The notes below the pieces were generated by a model. That model ran no database searches. It was given only the letters and a program-made list of their open reading frames with translations, and was not told the DNA's origin. This document shows, piece after piece, positions 44,277 through 53,005 of a DNA stretch of 64,000 nucleotides; the stretch's first letter is position 1; every line of letters starts with the position of its first letter. The stretch is from the IMG/VR virus record IMGVR_UViG_3300035034_003552. One strand, 5' to 3'. A program made the position numbers and the translations under genes. The DNA is from a virus (taxonomy: Duplodnaviria > Heunggongvirae > Uroviricota > Caudoviricetes).

Positions 44277-45389
44277 ATGGAAAATGAACAATCCACAGCA
44301 AATGCTCCAGAACGACATCCACTTGCTGATGATGAACAATTAGCTCCACCACCTGTTGTTGAGGCTAATGATGAAGATTTAGATAATAATTTACCACCAA
44401 TACAGTCAGTTCCACAAGATCAACTTGATGGAATGCCGGATTATATGAAAAATACTTCAATGCTTATCGAGGAGTTTGATAGATATTGTAAAGAAAATCC
44501 TGATGGTGGTTATGTTACAGGATATCAACAGTTAGATGATGCATTAATCGGATTCCAGCCTGGACTACATTTTGTTGCTGGTATGAGTAATGCAGGTAAA
44601 TCCTCTTTTCTACTAAATTTAGCATGGAGTGTCGGACAATCAAACGATAACGCCTATGCTTTATATATAACTTTAGATGATGGAACAAATGACTTACTAC
44701 CAAGAATAGTTGCTATGGAACAGCAAGTACCTATTAATACTGCAAGGTATCCTGGCCGGTATTCAGAGTTTGATAACTTAATGGATGCTCGCGAGGAAGG
44801 TGTGAGAATTCTCTATGATAATGTAGATAAATTTGGAATGATTAATAAAGATTACGGTTGGAACGCCGAGGAGCTTGAGGACTTAGTAAAAGAATTAAGA
44901 ATGCAATTAGCCGCAAGTGGGTCCGGTCGTGACTTATGTATCTTCATTGATAACTTTCACGACCTCTCCTCTGAAAAAATTAGTATTGGTACTGACCAGA
45001 ATGCACGATTCGAACAAGCTGGTGGTGCACTAAAAAACATTTCAGAAACCTATGATGTGCCTATTATAGCAACAGCTGAGTACAAAAAACTCGAAGGTAA
45101 ATCAAGGCCAGTTATCTCAGATATTAAACAGACTGGTAAAACAATCTATCAGGCCAAAACAGTTATGCTATGCTATAACGAAGTTGGAGTTAAAGATGAA
45201 ATGGCCAAGGTCTTTTTTGGTAGAGAGGAACGTGAAAGAAAGAGTCCAATCTTTGAAGTACACATAGCAAAAAATAAAAGTTCAGACATGAAATCCCGTC
45301 TCTTCTATGAGTTTTATGAAGAAATGGCCAGATTTGAAGAAGTACCAAGTCACAGATCTGGATACTACCTAAATATGCTAGGAGGTTGA
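44277..45389 (+). CDS. DnaB-C-terminal-family (RecA-fold) replicative helicase-like ATPase.
   Basis: SD 'aggagg'. 'TGYQQLDDALIGFQPGLHFVAGMSNAGKSSFLLNLA' (Walker A in DnaB-like context), 'LCIFIDNFHDL' (H2-like). Confidence 0.7.
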   Translation: MENEQSTANAPERHPLADDEQLAPPPVVEANDEDLDNNLPPIQSVPQDQLDGMPDYMKNTSMLIEEFDRYCKENPDGGYVTGYQQLDDALIGFQPGLHFVAGMSNAGKSSFLLNLAWSVGQSNDNAYALYITLDDGTNDLLPRIVAMEQQVPINTARYPGRYSEFDNLMDAREEGVRILYDNVDKFGMINKDYGWNAEELEDLVKELRMQLAASGSGRDLCIFIDNFHDLSSEKISIGTDQNARFEQAGGALKNISETYDVPIIATAEYKKLEGKSRPVISDIKQTGKTIYQAKTVMLCYNEVGVKDEMAKVFFGREERERKSPIFEVHIAKNKSSDMKSRLFYEFYEEMARFEEVPSHRSGYYLNMLGG

Positions 45390-45395
45390 TAAACA

Positions 45396-45776
45396 ATGGA
45401 TAAAGACTTACTGATAAGCAGCATGATCCATTCTAAGATGGAACAATTACTTATCCCCTATCAAACAGTCAAGCAAATAAGCAGAAAAACAGATACACCA
45501 GAACAGATAATTGATGATAGAAAAAATAAATACATCCAGAGAAACTTAAGAAAATGGAACAGATTCAGTAAAGAAGAGAAAAAAGAAAAGTCTAGACTGT
45601 GGCAGGAAGAAGCTGCAGTATTGGATTTTTTAAGAACAGAAGGAATCACTGATGGAATTCCAAGTAATATAGAGATTATGTGGCAGCAAAATGAGGAAGG
45701 TCATATAAGCTCCTGTGATGTAAGGCTGTATTATAATAATAAAGCCAAAGGAGGAAATAATGAAGCTATTCGATGA
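45396..45776 (+). CDS. Hypothetical basic protein.
   Basis: SD 'ggagg'; 126 aa. Confidence 0.55.
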   Translation: MDKDLLISSMIHSKMEQLLIPYQTVKQISRKTDTPEQIIDDRKNKYIQRNLRKWNRFSKEEKKEKSRLWQEEAAVLDFLRTEGITDGIPSNIEIMWQQNEEGHISSCDVRLYYNNKAKGGNNEAIR

Positions 45777-46014
45777 TGCTAAAAAGAAGTTAAAGAAACT
45801 TGCTAAATGTGATGAATATTTCCCCTGTCCTCTCTGCTATCGATGTATGGCAGAAAGTAGTAGTAATCCTAAGTGCAGGAAATGCAAGGCGGCCAATTGC
45901 AAGCACAATGATGAGCAACGAGCCAAGCTGATTAAAAGAGATAATTTCAAGCTTAAGGTTAATGATGATGTAAAAGATGCAATAAGGAATATGGAGGATG
46001 ATATATGCAAGTAG
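45760..46014 (+). CDS. Cys-rich zinc-ribbon-like small protein.
   Basis: 'CDEYFPCPLCYRCM...PKCRKCKAANCKH' contains eight or more Cys in CxxC-type spacing. It overlaps both neighbouring genes by 10-17 nt. Confidence 0.5.
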   Translation: MKLFDDAKKKLKKLAKCDEYFPCPLCYRCMAESSSNPKCRKCKAANCKHNDEQRAKLIKRDNFKLKVNDDVKDAIRNMEDDICK

Positions 46015-46568
46015 AATACATAGACACAAAAGGAAGTTGGCGTGAAGTAGCAAATGCCGCCAGAACGACTATCGGCATGGAAGCTGGGGATGGCGAACCC
46101 TCTTCAGAGTGGAAAACAAAGATACTTAAAGCAGAGCACTCTCCTATTCGTCTGCTTAAGATTAGATGGAAGTGGGTTGACTTAAAGAGTTGGATCTCAG
46201 TCCATTTTGTGAGGCACAAATTTGGTGTAGAACACTTCGTAAGAAGTCAGCGTAATGATCGCCAGGACGAATACGACAGGGACTCTGCTCCTCAATCTAC
46301 GCTTATTACTCACGAAGTTGAGGCCAATGCACAGGCTATTATAAACATCTCTCGTAAAAGATTATGCAAGCAGTCACATCCAGAGACGGTTGCAACCTGG
46401 ATAAAGTTTTTAGAAGAAGTAGTAAGGCCTGTAGAGCCAGAGTTGTATGACATTTGTGTAAGGGAATGCATTTATCGCGGGCATTGCACAGAAATGAAAT
46501 CTTGTGGATACTCACAGAGTATGGCCTATTCAGACAGGCTATTCAGCTATGAAATGCTAATACAATAA
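46005..46568 (+). CDS. Flavin-dependent thymidylate synthase (ThyX)-like protein, short form.
   Basis: N-terminal 'VEYIDTKGSWREVANAARTTIG' parallels the ThyX N-terminus (VELVDxxGxDxxxVxAARVS). 'VHFVRHKFGVEHFVRSQRN' resembles the ThyX RHRxxxxxxxSxR(Y) signature with one extra residue. Confidence 0.5.
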   Translation: MQVEYIDTKGSWREVANAARTTIGMEAGDGEPSSEWKTKILKAEHSPIRLLKIRWKWVDLKSWISVHFVRHKFGVEHFVRSQRNDRQDEYDRDSAPQSTLITHEVEANAQAIINISRKRLCKQSHPETVATWIKFLEEVVRPVEPELYDICVRECIYRGHCTEMKSCGYSQSMAYSDRLFSYEMLIQ

Positions 46569-46583
46569 CAGGAGTTGAACTAA

Positions 46584-46763
46584 TTGGCAGACAAGAAAAT
46601 GATGGTGAAAACTTATGATTATAGAGACATGAAGAAAAAAGCTGAAAAGTATCATGATGCCAGAGATCTCTTAACTGAGATTAAGGAATATATAGACGCA
46701 GGGACTATTGATATAGAAAAACCAAGAATAGTTTCTGAGATAAACAAAGTACTACAAAATTAA
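46584..46763 (+). CDS. Small (59 aa) hypothetical ORF filling the 46569-46781 gap; TTG start.
   Basis: SD 'aggag' + 8 nt + TTG; ends at the next gene's SD; not in the ORF track (<60 aa). Confidence 0.35.
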   Translation: MADKKMMVKTYDYRDMKKKAEKYHDARDLLTEIKEYIDAGTIDIEKPRIVSEINKVLQN

Positions 46764-46781
46764 AGGAGGAATTTATTAGTT

Positions 46782-47009
46782 ATGAAATTAGAAGACATTA
46801 AAGGCAAGAAGGTAAACACTATTACTAAGAGTGAGAATGGTGGTTATTGGGTGGTATTAGAAGACGGAAGTGCAGTAGGATTTAGTTCTTCACTTAATAA
46901 GATAGACAGCAACACTTTCCAGACAACAGTTGCAGTAACAAGTGCTCCGCCTAAAGAAGAAACTGAAGCAGTAACACCAGATATGAGTGCAGACGAAATA
47001 AGAAAGTAG
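46782..47009 (+). CDS. Hypothetical small protein.
   Basis: SD 'aaaggagg'; 75 aa. Confidence 0.55.
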   Translation: MKLEDIKGKKVNTITKSENGGYWVVLEDGSAVGFSSSLNKIDSNTFQTTVAVTSAPPKEETEAVTPDMSADEIRK

Positions 47010-47019
47010 GTTAAAGTTC

Positions 47020-47355
47020 ATGCAGGTATTACATGTAGAAATAGATGAAAGCATACCAAGTGACATAGTTAACAGATTCAAAGAGAGCCTTCATGACAGT
47101 ATAGATGATGATATAAGAATAATCGTAAGTCGTGAAGGCAAGTTAAAGGTATCAATGCATGATCCTGATACTTTAGCAGAAATAAAGTCGGACATCAAAG
47201 AGATTAAAGAGTTTCTGTTCAGACCAAGATATATCTTAAATGAAGATTTTGTAGGATATGATGATAATATGGAGTCCTTTGAACCATTTAAGACAGACAA
47301 AATAACACTTGATGATATCAAAATGTTTTTCAAGGAGGATGTAGATGAAATTTGA
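47020..47355 (+). CDS. Hypothetical acidic protein.
   Basis: 111 aa ORF, tightly packed. Confidence 0.5.
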   Translation: MQVLHVEIDESIPSDIVNRFKESLHDSIDDDIRIIVSREGKLKVSMHDPDTLAEIKSDIKEIKEFLFRPRYILNEDFVGYDDNMESFEPFKTDKITLDDIKMFFKEDVDEI

Positions 47356-47554
47356 TGACCTCTCTCCTCTTGAACGCTGGATGGTGAGAGAACTACACGA
47401 ACTAATACATGAAAATAATATCGAACTAAAAGATATAGGAAGTTTAAATAATCTATGGGAAAACAAAGTGATCACAGAAGAAAAAAGAGAACTCTATAGA
47501 GAAGTGTCATCAGACCCAGAACTGCTACATAAAATAATAGAAATTAGGAGGTAA
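47345..47554 (+). CDS. Hypothetical small protein.
   Basis: SD 'aaggagg'; 69 aa; ATGA overlap with the upstream gene. Confidence 0.5.
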   Translation: MKFDDLSPLERWMVRELHELIHENNIELKDIGSLNNLWENKVITEEKRELYREVSSDPELLHKIIEIRR

Positions 47555-47558
47555 CTAA

Positions 47559-47798
47559 ATGGCCAGTCTTGATAAGGTTTTAGGAGATTCAATACAGAAA
47601 GAGATTGACAGGGAGGCTATGAGGGGATCTGAACCAAAAAAAGCGGGTGTCGGGAACGCATTACCCCCTAGCGGAACTCTTAAGTGTAGGTTCTGCAATG
47701 AACCAATCTATGCCAAAGGGAAAAAGAAGGTATATGAGTGGGAGGTTAAATATAGAGCACATGTAAATTGTGCAAAAAAACATGAAGAAAGCAAATAA
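47559..47798 (+). CDS. Small zinc-finger-like protein.
   Basis: SD 'aggagg'; 'CRFCNEPIYAKGKK...YRAHVNCAKKHEE' (CxxC...HxxC). Confidence 0.55.
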   Translation: MASLDKVLGDSIQKEIDREAMRGSEPKKAGVGNALPPSGTLKCRFCNEPIYAKGKKKVYEWEVKYRAHVNCAKKHEESK

Positions 47799-47803
47799 AA
47801 ATT

Positions 47804-47832
47804 AGAGGGGGTTCTCCCCTCTTCTCTTTATT
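47804..47832 (+). terminator. Intrinsic terminator.
   Basis: 'agagggggttctcccctct' hairpin followed by 'tctctttatt'. Confidence 0.6.
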
Positions 47833-47847
47833 AAGGGAGTGTTATCG

Positions 47848-48276
47848 GTGGAAAACTTATTAGGATTATATTACCCGCTGCAGGGAGATACATTCGTATT
47901 CGGTAAGGCTAGATTTTATTCTATGTCAAGTTTAAAACAGAAGGGAAATAGCTTAAACAGCGAAAGTTTTAAGGATACATTTTTTGATTTCTTTGAGAAA
48001 GAAACTAGTTTAGGCAATGATCCATTTATCTTAATTAGAAACGATATAATAAATACAGAGTTTGTACTTGAACTGTTATTTGTAACTGAAGCAGTGAAAA
48101 AAAGTCACGACTCTTATGTCATTAAGGGTGAAATTGAACCACCTAAGATATCTTCTAATAAAGATATAGTCTATTTCGATATGAAAGCAGATGAAAAAAA
48201 CTTTTATAACTTTTTAAAGAACATACCAGAAAAATGTCTGGGAGCAAAGGTAGATCTGAAGGGTGGTAAAGATTGA
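47848..48276 (+). CDS. Hypothetical protein; GTG start.
   Basis: ORF 47839..48276. GTG 47848 is better spaced from 'aaggga' than GTG 47839. Confidence 0.45.
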   Translation: MENLLGLYYPLQGDTFVFGKARFYSMSSLKQKGNSLNSESFKDTFFDFFEKETSLGNDPFILIRNDIINTEFVLELLFVTEAVKKSHDSYVIKGEIEPPKISSNKDIVYFDMKADEKNFYNFLKNIPEKCLGAKVDLKGGKD

Positions 48277-48640
48277 ATTAATAAGCGAGTATCTTATTAA
48301 AGTACAGGCCAATAGCAAACTGGATAATAGGGCAGGATTTCTAGTACACGGTAAGCTGTATCCATTCAACCATTTGGAGGAAGTAGTTCATGAAAGTCAT
48401 CCACATAATAACGGCTATATGACTACGGTATCACTTACATTAGTAAGACCAAGAGATCGTAATATACACTCAATAGATATAACAGTAGAGTTTAATTTAA
48501 CCGAGGAGATAGCTGATAAACTAAGGTCTGTTATAGAACTTAAATTTAAAGACGAATATAGCAATGAAGAGCTTAAAGATTGTGGAACTATAGTTTTAGA
48601 TGACTACATAATAAGAATAGATCAAAATATCAACTTATAA
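48263..48640 (+). CDS. Hypothetical protein; member of an 'ELIxEYL' N-terminal-motif group.
   Basis: GTG start overlapping the upstream stop; 'MVKIELISEYLIKV'. Confidence 0.5.
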   Translation: MVKIELISEYLIKVQANSKLDNRAGFLVHGKLYPFNHLEEVVHESHPHNNGYMTTVSLTLVRPRDRNIHSIDITVEFNLTEEIADKLRSVIELKFKDEYSNEELKDCGTIVLDDYIIRIDQNINL

Positions 48641-48654
48641 AGGAGAATAATTTC

Positions 48655-49416
48655 ATGGAACTTATACAGGAATACTTAAATATTTTTGAAGATTATTATG
48701 ACGAACTGGAAGTAGAAAAAGATGTTGGCTTTACCGTCCAGGGCGAGCTTTTTGAAATAACAAGCCTTGTTGATGTAGAAAGAAGTCCTCGTACGAATGG
48801 TTTTTATTACACAATGGAGGATTTTCATCACGCCCATGAGTCAAGTCCAAGGGCTGGATTTACATCTAAATACCAATTAACATTTAATTCTCAGGATTAT
48901 AATACAAGAATTTATCTTGCTATAGGAGAAGATGAATATTCAATGGAGGTATTGCAGGTAATACAGGAGTATATAAGAACAGGTGAAGTAATGATTAATA
49001 AAACTATAGAGATTGGGCGCCTTGTTGAGCGCGTAGAAAGAGTTCCATCAATTAATACGTATACGACTCCCGAAGTCCAGTCACATACTCATGTATTTAT
49101 GGGAGATCATGTAGATTCTGACGGCTCTACTCCTGTATCCGAACATTCAGAGGTAGAACCACACCCTATAGAAACTTTTGAAGTCAGTATGAGAATTGGA
49201 ATTGATACAGATGAAGATGGTGACTGGATGACTGAATTCCAGGAGATGCCTCTTACTGAAGATACTTTAACCGAAATTGCTCACAATCTTACTCAAGAAG
49301 TAGAAAGAGAATTCAGTGGAGTTATGAATGGTGGTAATGCGGCTGGTTCCATAAAAGAATCAGTAGAAAACAGCATGCAGAGGCTTATATCAAGCTTTAT
49401 CTCTGGAGATGAGTAA
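48655..49416 (+). CDS. Hypothetical acidic protein; 'ELIQEYL' N-terminus.
   Basis: SD 'aaaggag'; 253 aa. Confidence 0.6.
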   Translation: MELIQEYLNIFEDYYDELEVEKDVGFTVQGELFEITSLVDVERSPRTNGFYYTMEDFHHAHESSPRAGFTSKYQLTFNSQDYNTRIYLAIGEDEYSMEVLQVIQEYIRTGEVMINKTIEIGRLVERVERVPSINTYTTPEVQSHTHVFMGDHVDSDGSTPVSEHSEVEPHPIETFEVSMRIGIDTDEDGDWMTEFQEMPLTEDTLTEIAHNLTQEVEREFSGVMNGGNAAGSIKESVENSMQRLISSFISGDE

Positions 49417-49903
49417 GATGGATCTTATAAAAGAATACTTAAAAGTTAACCAGGAAAAAATAGATTATGGTATCTGGATTAAACATATATTCATACCTTA
49501 CAGAAAAATGAATATTAAAAAAGTCCAAAAGACATATATTAGACACCAGCGATCAGAGTATGACGGACTTAGCGCTTATTCTGTTAGAGGCTATTCAGAA
49601 GACATAGGCATTAGATTAGAGTTAGAAGCTACAAAAAATTCACATGAAAGAATAAACATGACATTAGAACTCGGTATAGATAAGGCTTTTGTTCTACTAA
49701 AAGAGTCTGGTAAGAACAACGAGATGAGAGAACTATTTGAAAAAGCATATAAAGATGTATTAGAAAACGAAGAAATCGAAACCAGAATGGATCTACAGAT
49801 AGTAAGGGAAGAAATAAAAGATCTATCACCTTACTACTCATATCACTTACAATTTTCTACAGAATACAACACAGAAACAAATGGTTACGATTACGTATTT
49901 TAA
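49409..49903 (+). CDS. Hypothetical protein; 'DLIKEYL' N-terminus.
   Basis: SD 'ggagatgag'; 164 aa. Confidence 0.55.
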   Translation: MSKMDLIKEYLKVNQEKIDYGIWIKHIFIPYRKMNIKKVQKTYIRHQRSEYDGLSAYSVRGYSEDIGIRLELEATKNSHERINMTLELGIDKAFVLLKESGKNNEMRELFEKAYKDVLENEEIETRMDLQIVREEIKDLSPYYSYHLQFSTEYNTETNGYDYVF

Positions 49904-49921
49904 TAAAAGGAGATTACTTAA

Positions 49922-50683
49922 ATGGAGTTTACCATAGAAGAGCTTAAAGTTTTTGGACAATGCCCACTTAAATATAAATACGGTTATATGAATGACTACA
50001 AATACAGAAAATCCAGAGAACAAGAATATGCAGACTCCATTAGGTCAGTCTCAACATGGTTTTTCGATAATGTAAGAACCGGCAGTATCCCCACCAAAAG
50101 AGAAATAAGAAAAAAGTGGGGGAGTATCTGGCATAAAGGCAAAGATGTTTACGATATCTTATTTGATACTTCTTATAAATATGAAAGGCGCCGCAATATA
50201 AAGGGAGTTGAAAAGATTGATAAATTTTACGATAGATTCACCAAAACACCGGGAACCATCTTAATAAATAATTACCCCTTCGATGTTCCAATAGGTAACG
50301 GCCACATATTAAAAGGTAGATTCGACATAATAAGAGAAGTAGAAAAAAACAATTCTACAAGAATTGAACTACTGAATTTAAGGACAGATAAATATGTTCC
50401 TTACAGTAGATTAAGGGAAAGGGATTTACTGCTTACTATACATGACTATGCATATAGGAAGACATTTGAACAGATCCCGGACCAACTAGCTTATTATGCC
50501 TTTAAGAATGATACAAGGGCCGTTATAGACCCTATGAGGCCGAAGCATTTTAAGAAGTTAGAGACTATGGTCAACAACATTGCATCTATTATAGATCAAG
50601 GTCTCTTCTTTCCTCGCTTCGATGAAGAACATAAAATATGCAGACACTGTGATTATACAACTGTCTGTGCGGGACGGAGGTGA
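49922..50683 (+). CDS. Cas4-like / RecB-family PD-(D/E)XK nuclease with a cysteine (Fe-S) cluster.
   Basis: SD 'aaaggag'. N-terminal 'ELKVFGQCPLKYKYGYM' (Cas4-type 'CPRK(F/Y)' box), 'GRFDIIREVEK' (D...ExK), C-terminal 'CRHCDYTTVCAG'. Confidence 0.65.
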   Translation: MEFTIEELKVFGQCPLKYKYGYMNDYKYRKSREQEYADSIRSVSTWFFDNVRTGSIPTKREIRKKWGSIWHKGKDVYDILFDTSYKYERRRNIKGVEKIDKFYDRFTKTPGTILINNYPFDVPIGNGHILKGRFDIIREVEKNNSTRIELLNLRTDKYVPYSRLRERDLLLTIHDYAYRKTFEQIPDQLAYYAFKNDTRAVIDPMRPKHFKKLETMVNNIASIIDQGLFFPRFDEEHKICRHCDYTTVCAGRR

Positions 50684-50687
50684 AAAT

Positions 50688-50867
50688 ATGCTTGATATCA
50701 AAAACGGTGAAGGGAAAACAGTACTGACACTCAATGATGAAGGGGAACAAGAATCTATCGATGAAGAGTATTTTAATAAAATTAATGAAGAAAATGAAAC
50801 TAACTACAGAGTAAAAGAAAATGGTGAAATTGTAAATATCGAAGAAGAAGAAAACGACAACAACTAA
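50688..50867 (+). CDS. Small, highly acidic protein (59 aa).
   Basis: SD 'ggaggtg' + 5 nt + ATG 50688. The ORF-track entry 50622..50867 probably starts too early. Confidence 0.45.
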   Translation: MLDIKNGEGKTVLTLNDEGEQESIDEEYFNKINEENETNYRVKENGEIVNIEEEENDNN

Positions 50868-50883
50868 AAAGGAGATGAACTAA

Positions 50884-51381
50884 TTGATCATACTAGGAAT
50901 TGACCCATCTACAGTCGCAACAGGGTATTCAGTAATGGAAGCAGACGAAAACGCCTTAGTTCTCTCTCCTACCGTTGTTGAATATGGCAGCATAAACACA
51001 AAGAGAAAGAATCGAATTTCAGATAGAATAACAAAGATTTATGATGAACTTGAAGTATTAATCAATAAATATGAACCAGACATCATAGTATCAGAAGATC
51101 AGTACGGTGGCCATACCAACGCTGTAAAAGCTCTTAGCCAGGTCCGAGGTGCAATAATGATTCTATCATCCAAACATGAACTACCTCTCTTCCTCTTAGC
51201 TCCAAGCCGTGTTAAGAAAGTAGTAACCGGTAAAGGCAACTGCAATAAACAAAAAGTTATTGAGGGCATAAGTGAAAGGTTTGTAATAGATGAAGATGAC
51301 CTTACAAGTGATATGGCAGATGCTATAGGAATAGCCTATACATTTCTAACATTCGAAGAAAACGACCTTAGAACAGCATAA
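50884..51381 (+). CDS. RuvC-family Holliday junction resolvase.
   Basis: SD 'aaaggag'. 'MIILGIDPSTVATGYSVME' is the classic RuvC N-terminal motif; 165 aa; TTG start. Confidence 0.75.
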   Translation: MIILGIDPSTVATGYSVMEADENALVLSPTVVEYGSINTKRKNRISDRITKIYDELEVLINKYEPDIIVSEDQYGGHTNAVKALSQVRGAIMILSSKHELPLFLLAPSRVKKVVTGKGNCNKQKVIEGISERFVIDEDDLTSDMADAIGIAYTFLTFEENDLRTA

Positions 51382-51417
51382 ATACCAAACGTTACAGCCA
51401 AGGAGGCACACACCGAA

Positions 51418-52212
51418 GTGATGGATACAGAAGAACAATTAACAGCAGATGAAGTAGAAGAACTAGTCAAAGATTACAAAGACCCAGAAAGCGATACTGA
51501 AGCCGCAAAGAAATTACTCAATGCATTTTACCCATATCATCAAAAGTTTATTAAGATAATCAAAAGAAGTACCTGCAATATTTCCGATGAAGACAGCAGA
51601 GAATTTATAGGATTATTTATAGAAGATAAAGAAACTAAAGATCAGTTCATAAAAAACTGGAACACTGGCTGGGCTAAGAAAGTAGGGACCAGCCGGGCCT
51701 CTTTTCTGACAGAGCTGTGTAAAAACATCTCATACGAGGAAATAAGCCAGGAATGCAAGCTAATAACTTTAAAGCTGGCAGACAGGTATGAAGATTTAAA
51801 CAGAAGTTTTTTAGCTTATATCAGCTCTTCTTTTAAATATGAGCTCAAAAGAAGCCTTGATGAATTGACTCAGGATCCACTTGTTATGATGCAAAACTAC
51901 AATATCCCTTATGATTATCACGAGATAGACAGCATGGAGGGTAGTAGTTACATAGTCAATGAGAACATGCAGTATGATGAAAATGCATTCACAATGAAAT
52001 ACGAGGAACTGGGTCCAGACTGGATAAGAGGGATCACCTGTTCAAGAGAATTTAAAGATTTAGACTTGGTAGAAAGAAAGATTATCAAGTACTACTATCT
52101 CGACGATCTTACCGATGAAGCAATCGGAAATGAAATAGGTTATTCAAGACAGTGGGCACATGAAATGAGACAGAGAACGATAAAAAAACTTAAAGAAAAA
52201 ATAGTAATGTAA
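51418..52212 (+). CDS. Phage-encoded sigma-70-family sigma factor.
   Basis: SD 'aaggagg'. C-terminal region-4 HTH 'RKIIKYYYLDDLTDEAIGNEIGYSRQWAHEMRQRTIKKLKEKI'. Confidence 0.65.
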   Translation: MMDTEEQLTADEVEELVKDYKDPESDTEAAKKLLNAFYPYHQKFIKIIKRSTCNISDEDSREFIGLFIEDKETKDQFIKNWNTGWAKKVGTSRASFLTELCKNISYEEISQECKLITLKLADRYEDLNRSFLAYISSSFKYELKRSLDELTQDPLVMMQNYNIPYDYHEIDSMEGSSYIVNENMQYDENAFTMKYEELGPDWIRGITCSREFKDLDLVERKIIKYYYLDDLTDEAIGNEIGYSRQWAHEMRQRTIKKLKEKIVM

Positions 52213-52234
52213 TACGAAAATGTTAATATAGACC

Positions 52235-52264
52235 TTGACAAGTGTAATACATATATGTTATACT
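52235..52264 (+). promoter_or_regulatory. Sigma-A-type promoter (TTGACA-18-TATACT) upstream of the second Cas4-like gene.
   Basis: 'ttgaca' 52235-52240; 'tatact' 52259-52264. Confidence 0.55.
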
Positions 52265-52294
52265 ATAAACAACAGATGGAAGGAGGGCTTGTAA

Positions 52295-53005
52295 ATGGCA
52301 ACAGAACTCATAAAAGAATATATAGAAACTACTGATGGTGGATATGGTAAAGGTTACAGCTTAAAAGATCTTGTCAATTCACACCTTAGACAAAAACAAG
52401 TATTTTCAGAAAGAGATATGACAAAATTTCACCCCTCCTCCGTTGGTTATTGCGCAAGGAAAGTGGCAGCTGACATGATTGGTACATTTCCTAAAGAATT
52501 TATTGAGGACAGGATACTAAGAATATTCCAAAACGGCCACTATTCTCATGATAGAATACAGGATTGGCTTGAAGAAATGGGATTAATGGTTGAAGCAGAA
52601 AGAAAACTTATAGATGAAAGCTTAAACATAAGAGGTAACTGCGATGGTGTTATAGAGTTATATGATGAAGGTGAATTTATCATCGAAATCAAAACTATAA
52701 GTGCCAAAGGCTACAGGTACACTAAAAAGCCCAAGGACAAACACTACGCACAGATACAGCTTTACATGCATCTATCAGAGGTCCATAAAGGTATCCTCTT
52801 CTATGAATGCAAGGATGACCAGCGAATCAAAGAATTTAAGGTCGATTATGACCCAGAATTTGCACAGGAACTTATAGAAAAGATTAAGTTTATAAATAGT
52901 CATGTAGAGGAAGGTACTCTACCAGATAAACAATACGAGAAAAACAGCTTTGACTGCCGCTATTGTGAGTACAGAGAAACAATATGCTGGGCAGACGAAG
53001 ATTAA
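52295..53005 (+). CDS. Second Cas4-like PD-(D/E)XK nuclease with a Cys cluster.
   Basis: SD 'ggaaggaggg'. 'HPSSVGYCARKVA' (N-terminal Cys box), 'GNCDGVIELYDEGEFIIEIKT' (D...ExK), C-terminal 'CRYCEYRETICW'. Confidence 0.65.
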   Translation: MATELIKEYIETTDGGYGKGYSLKDLVNSHLRQKQVFSERDMTKFHPSSVGYCARKVAADMIGTFPKEFIEDRILRIFQNGHYSHDRIQDWLEEMGLMVEAERKLIDESLNIRGNCDGVIELYDEGEFIIEIKTISAKGYRYTKKPKDKHYAQIQLYMHLSEVHKGILFYECKDDQRIKEFKVDYDPEFAQELIEKIKFINSHVEEGTLPDKQYEKNSFDCRYCEYRETICWADED

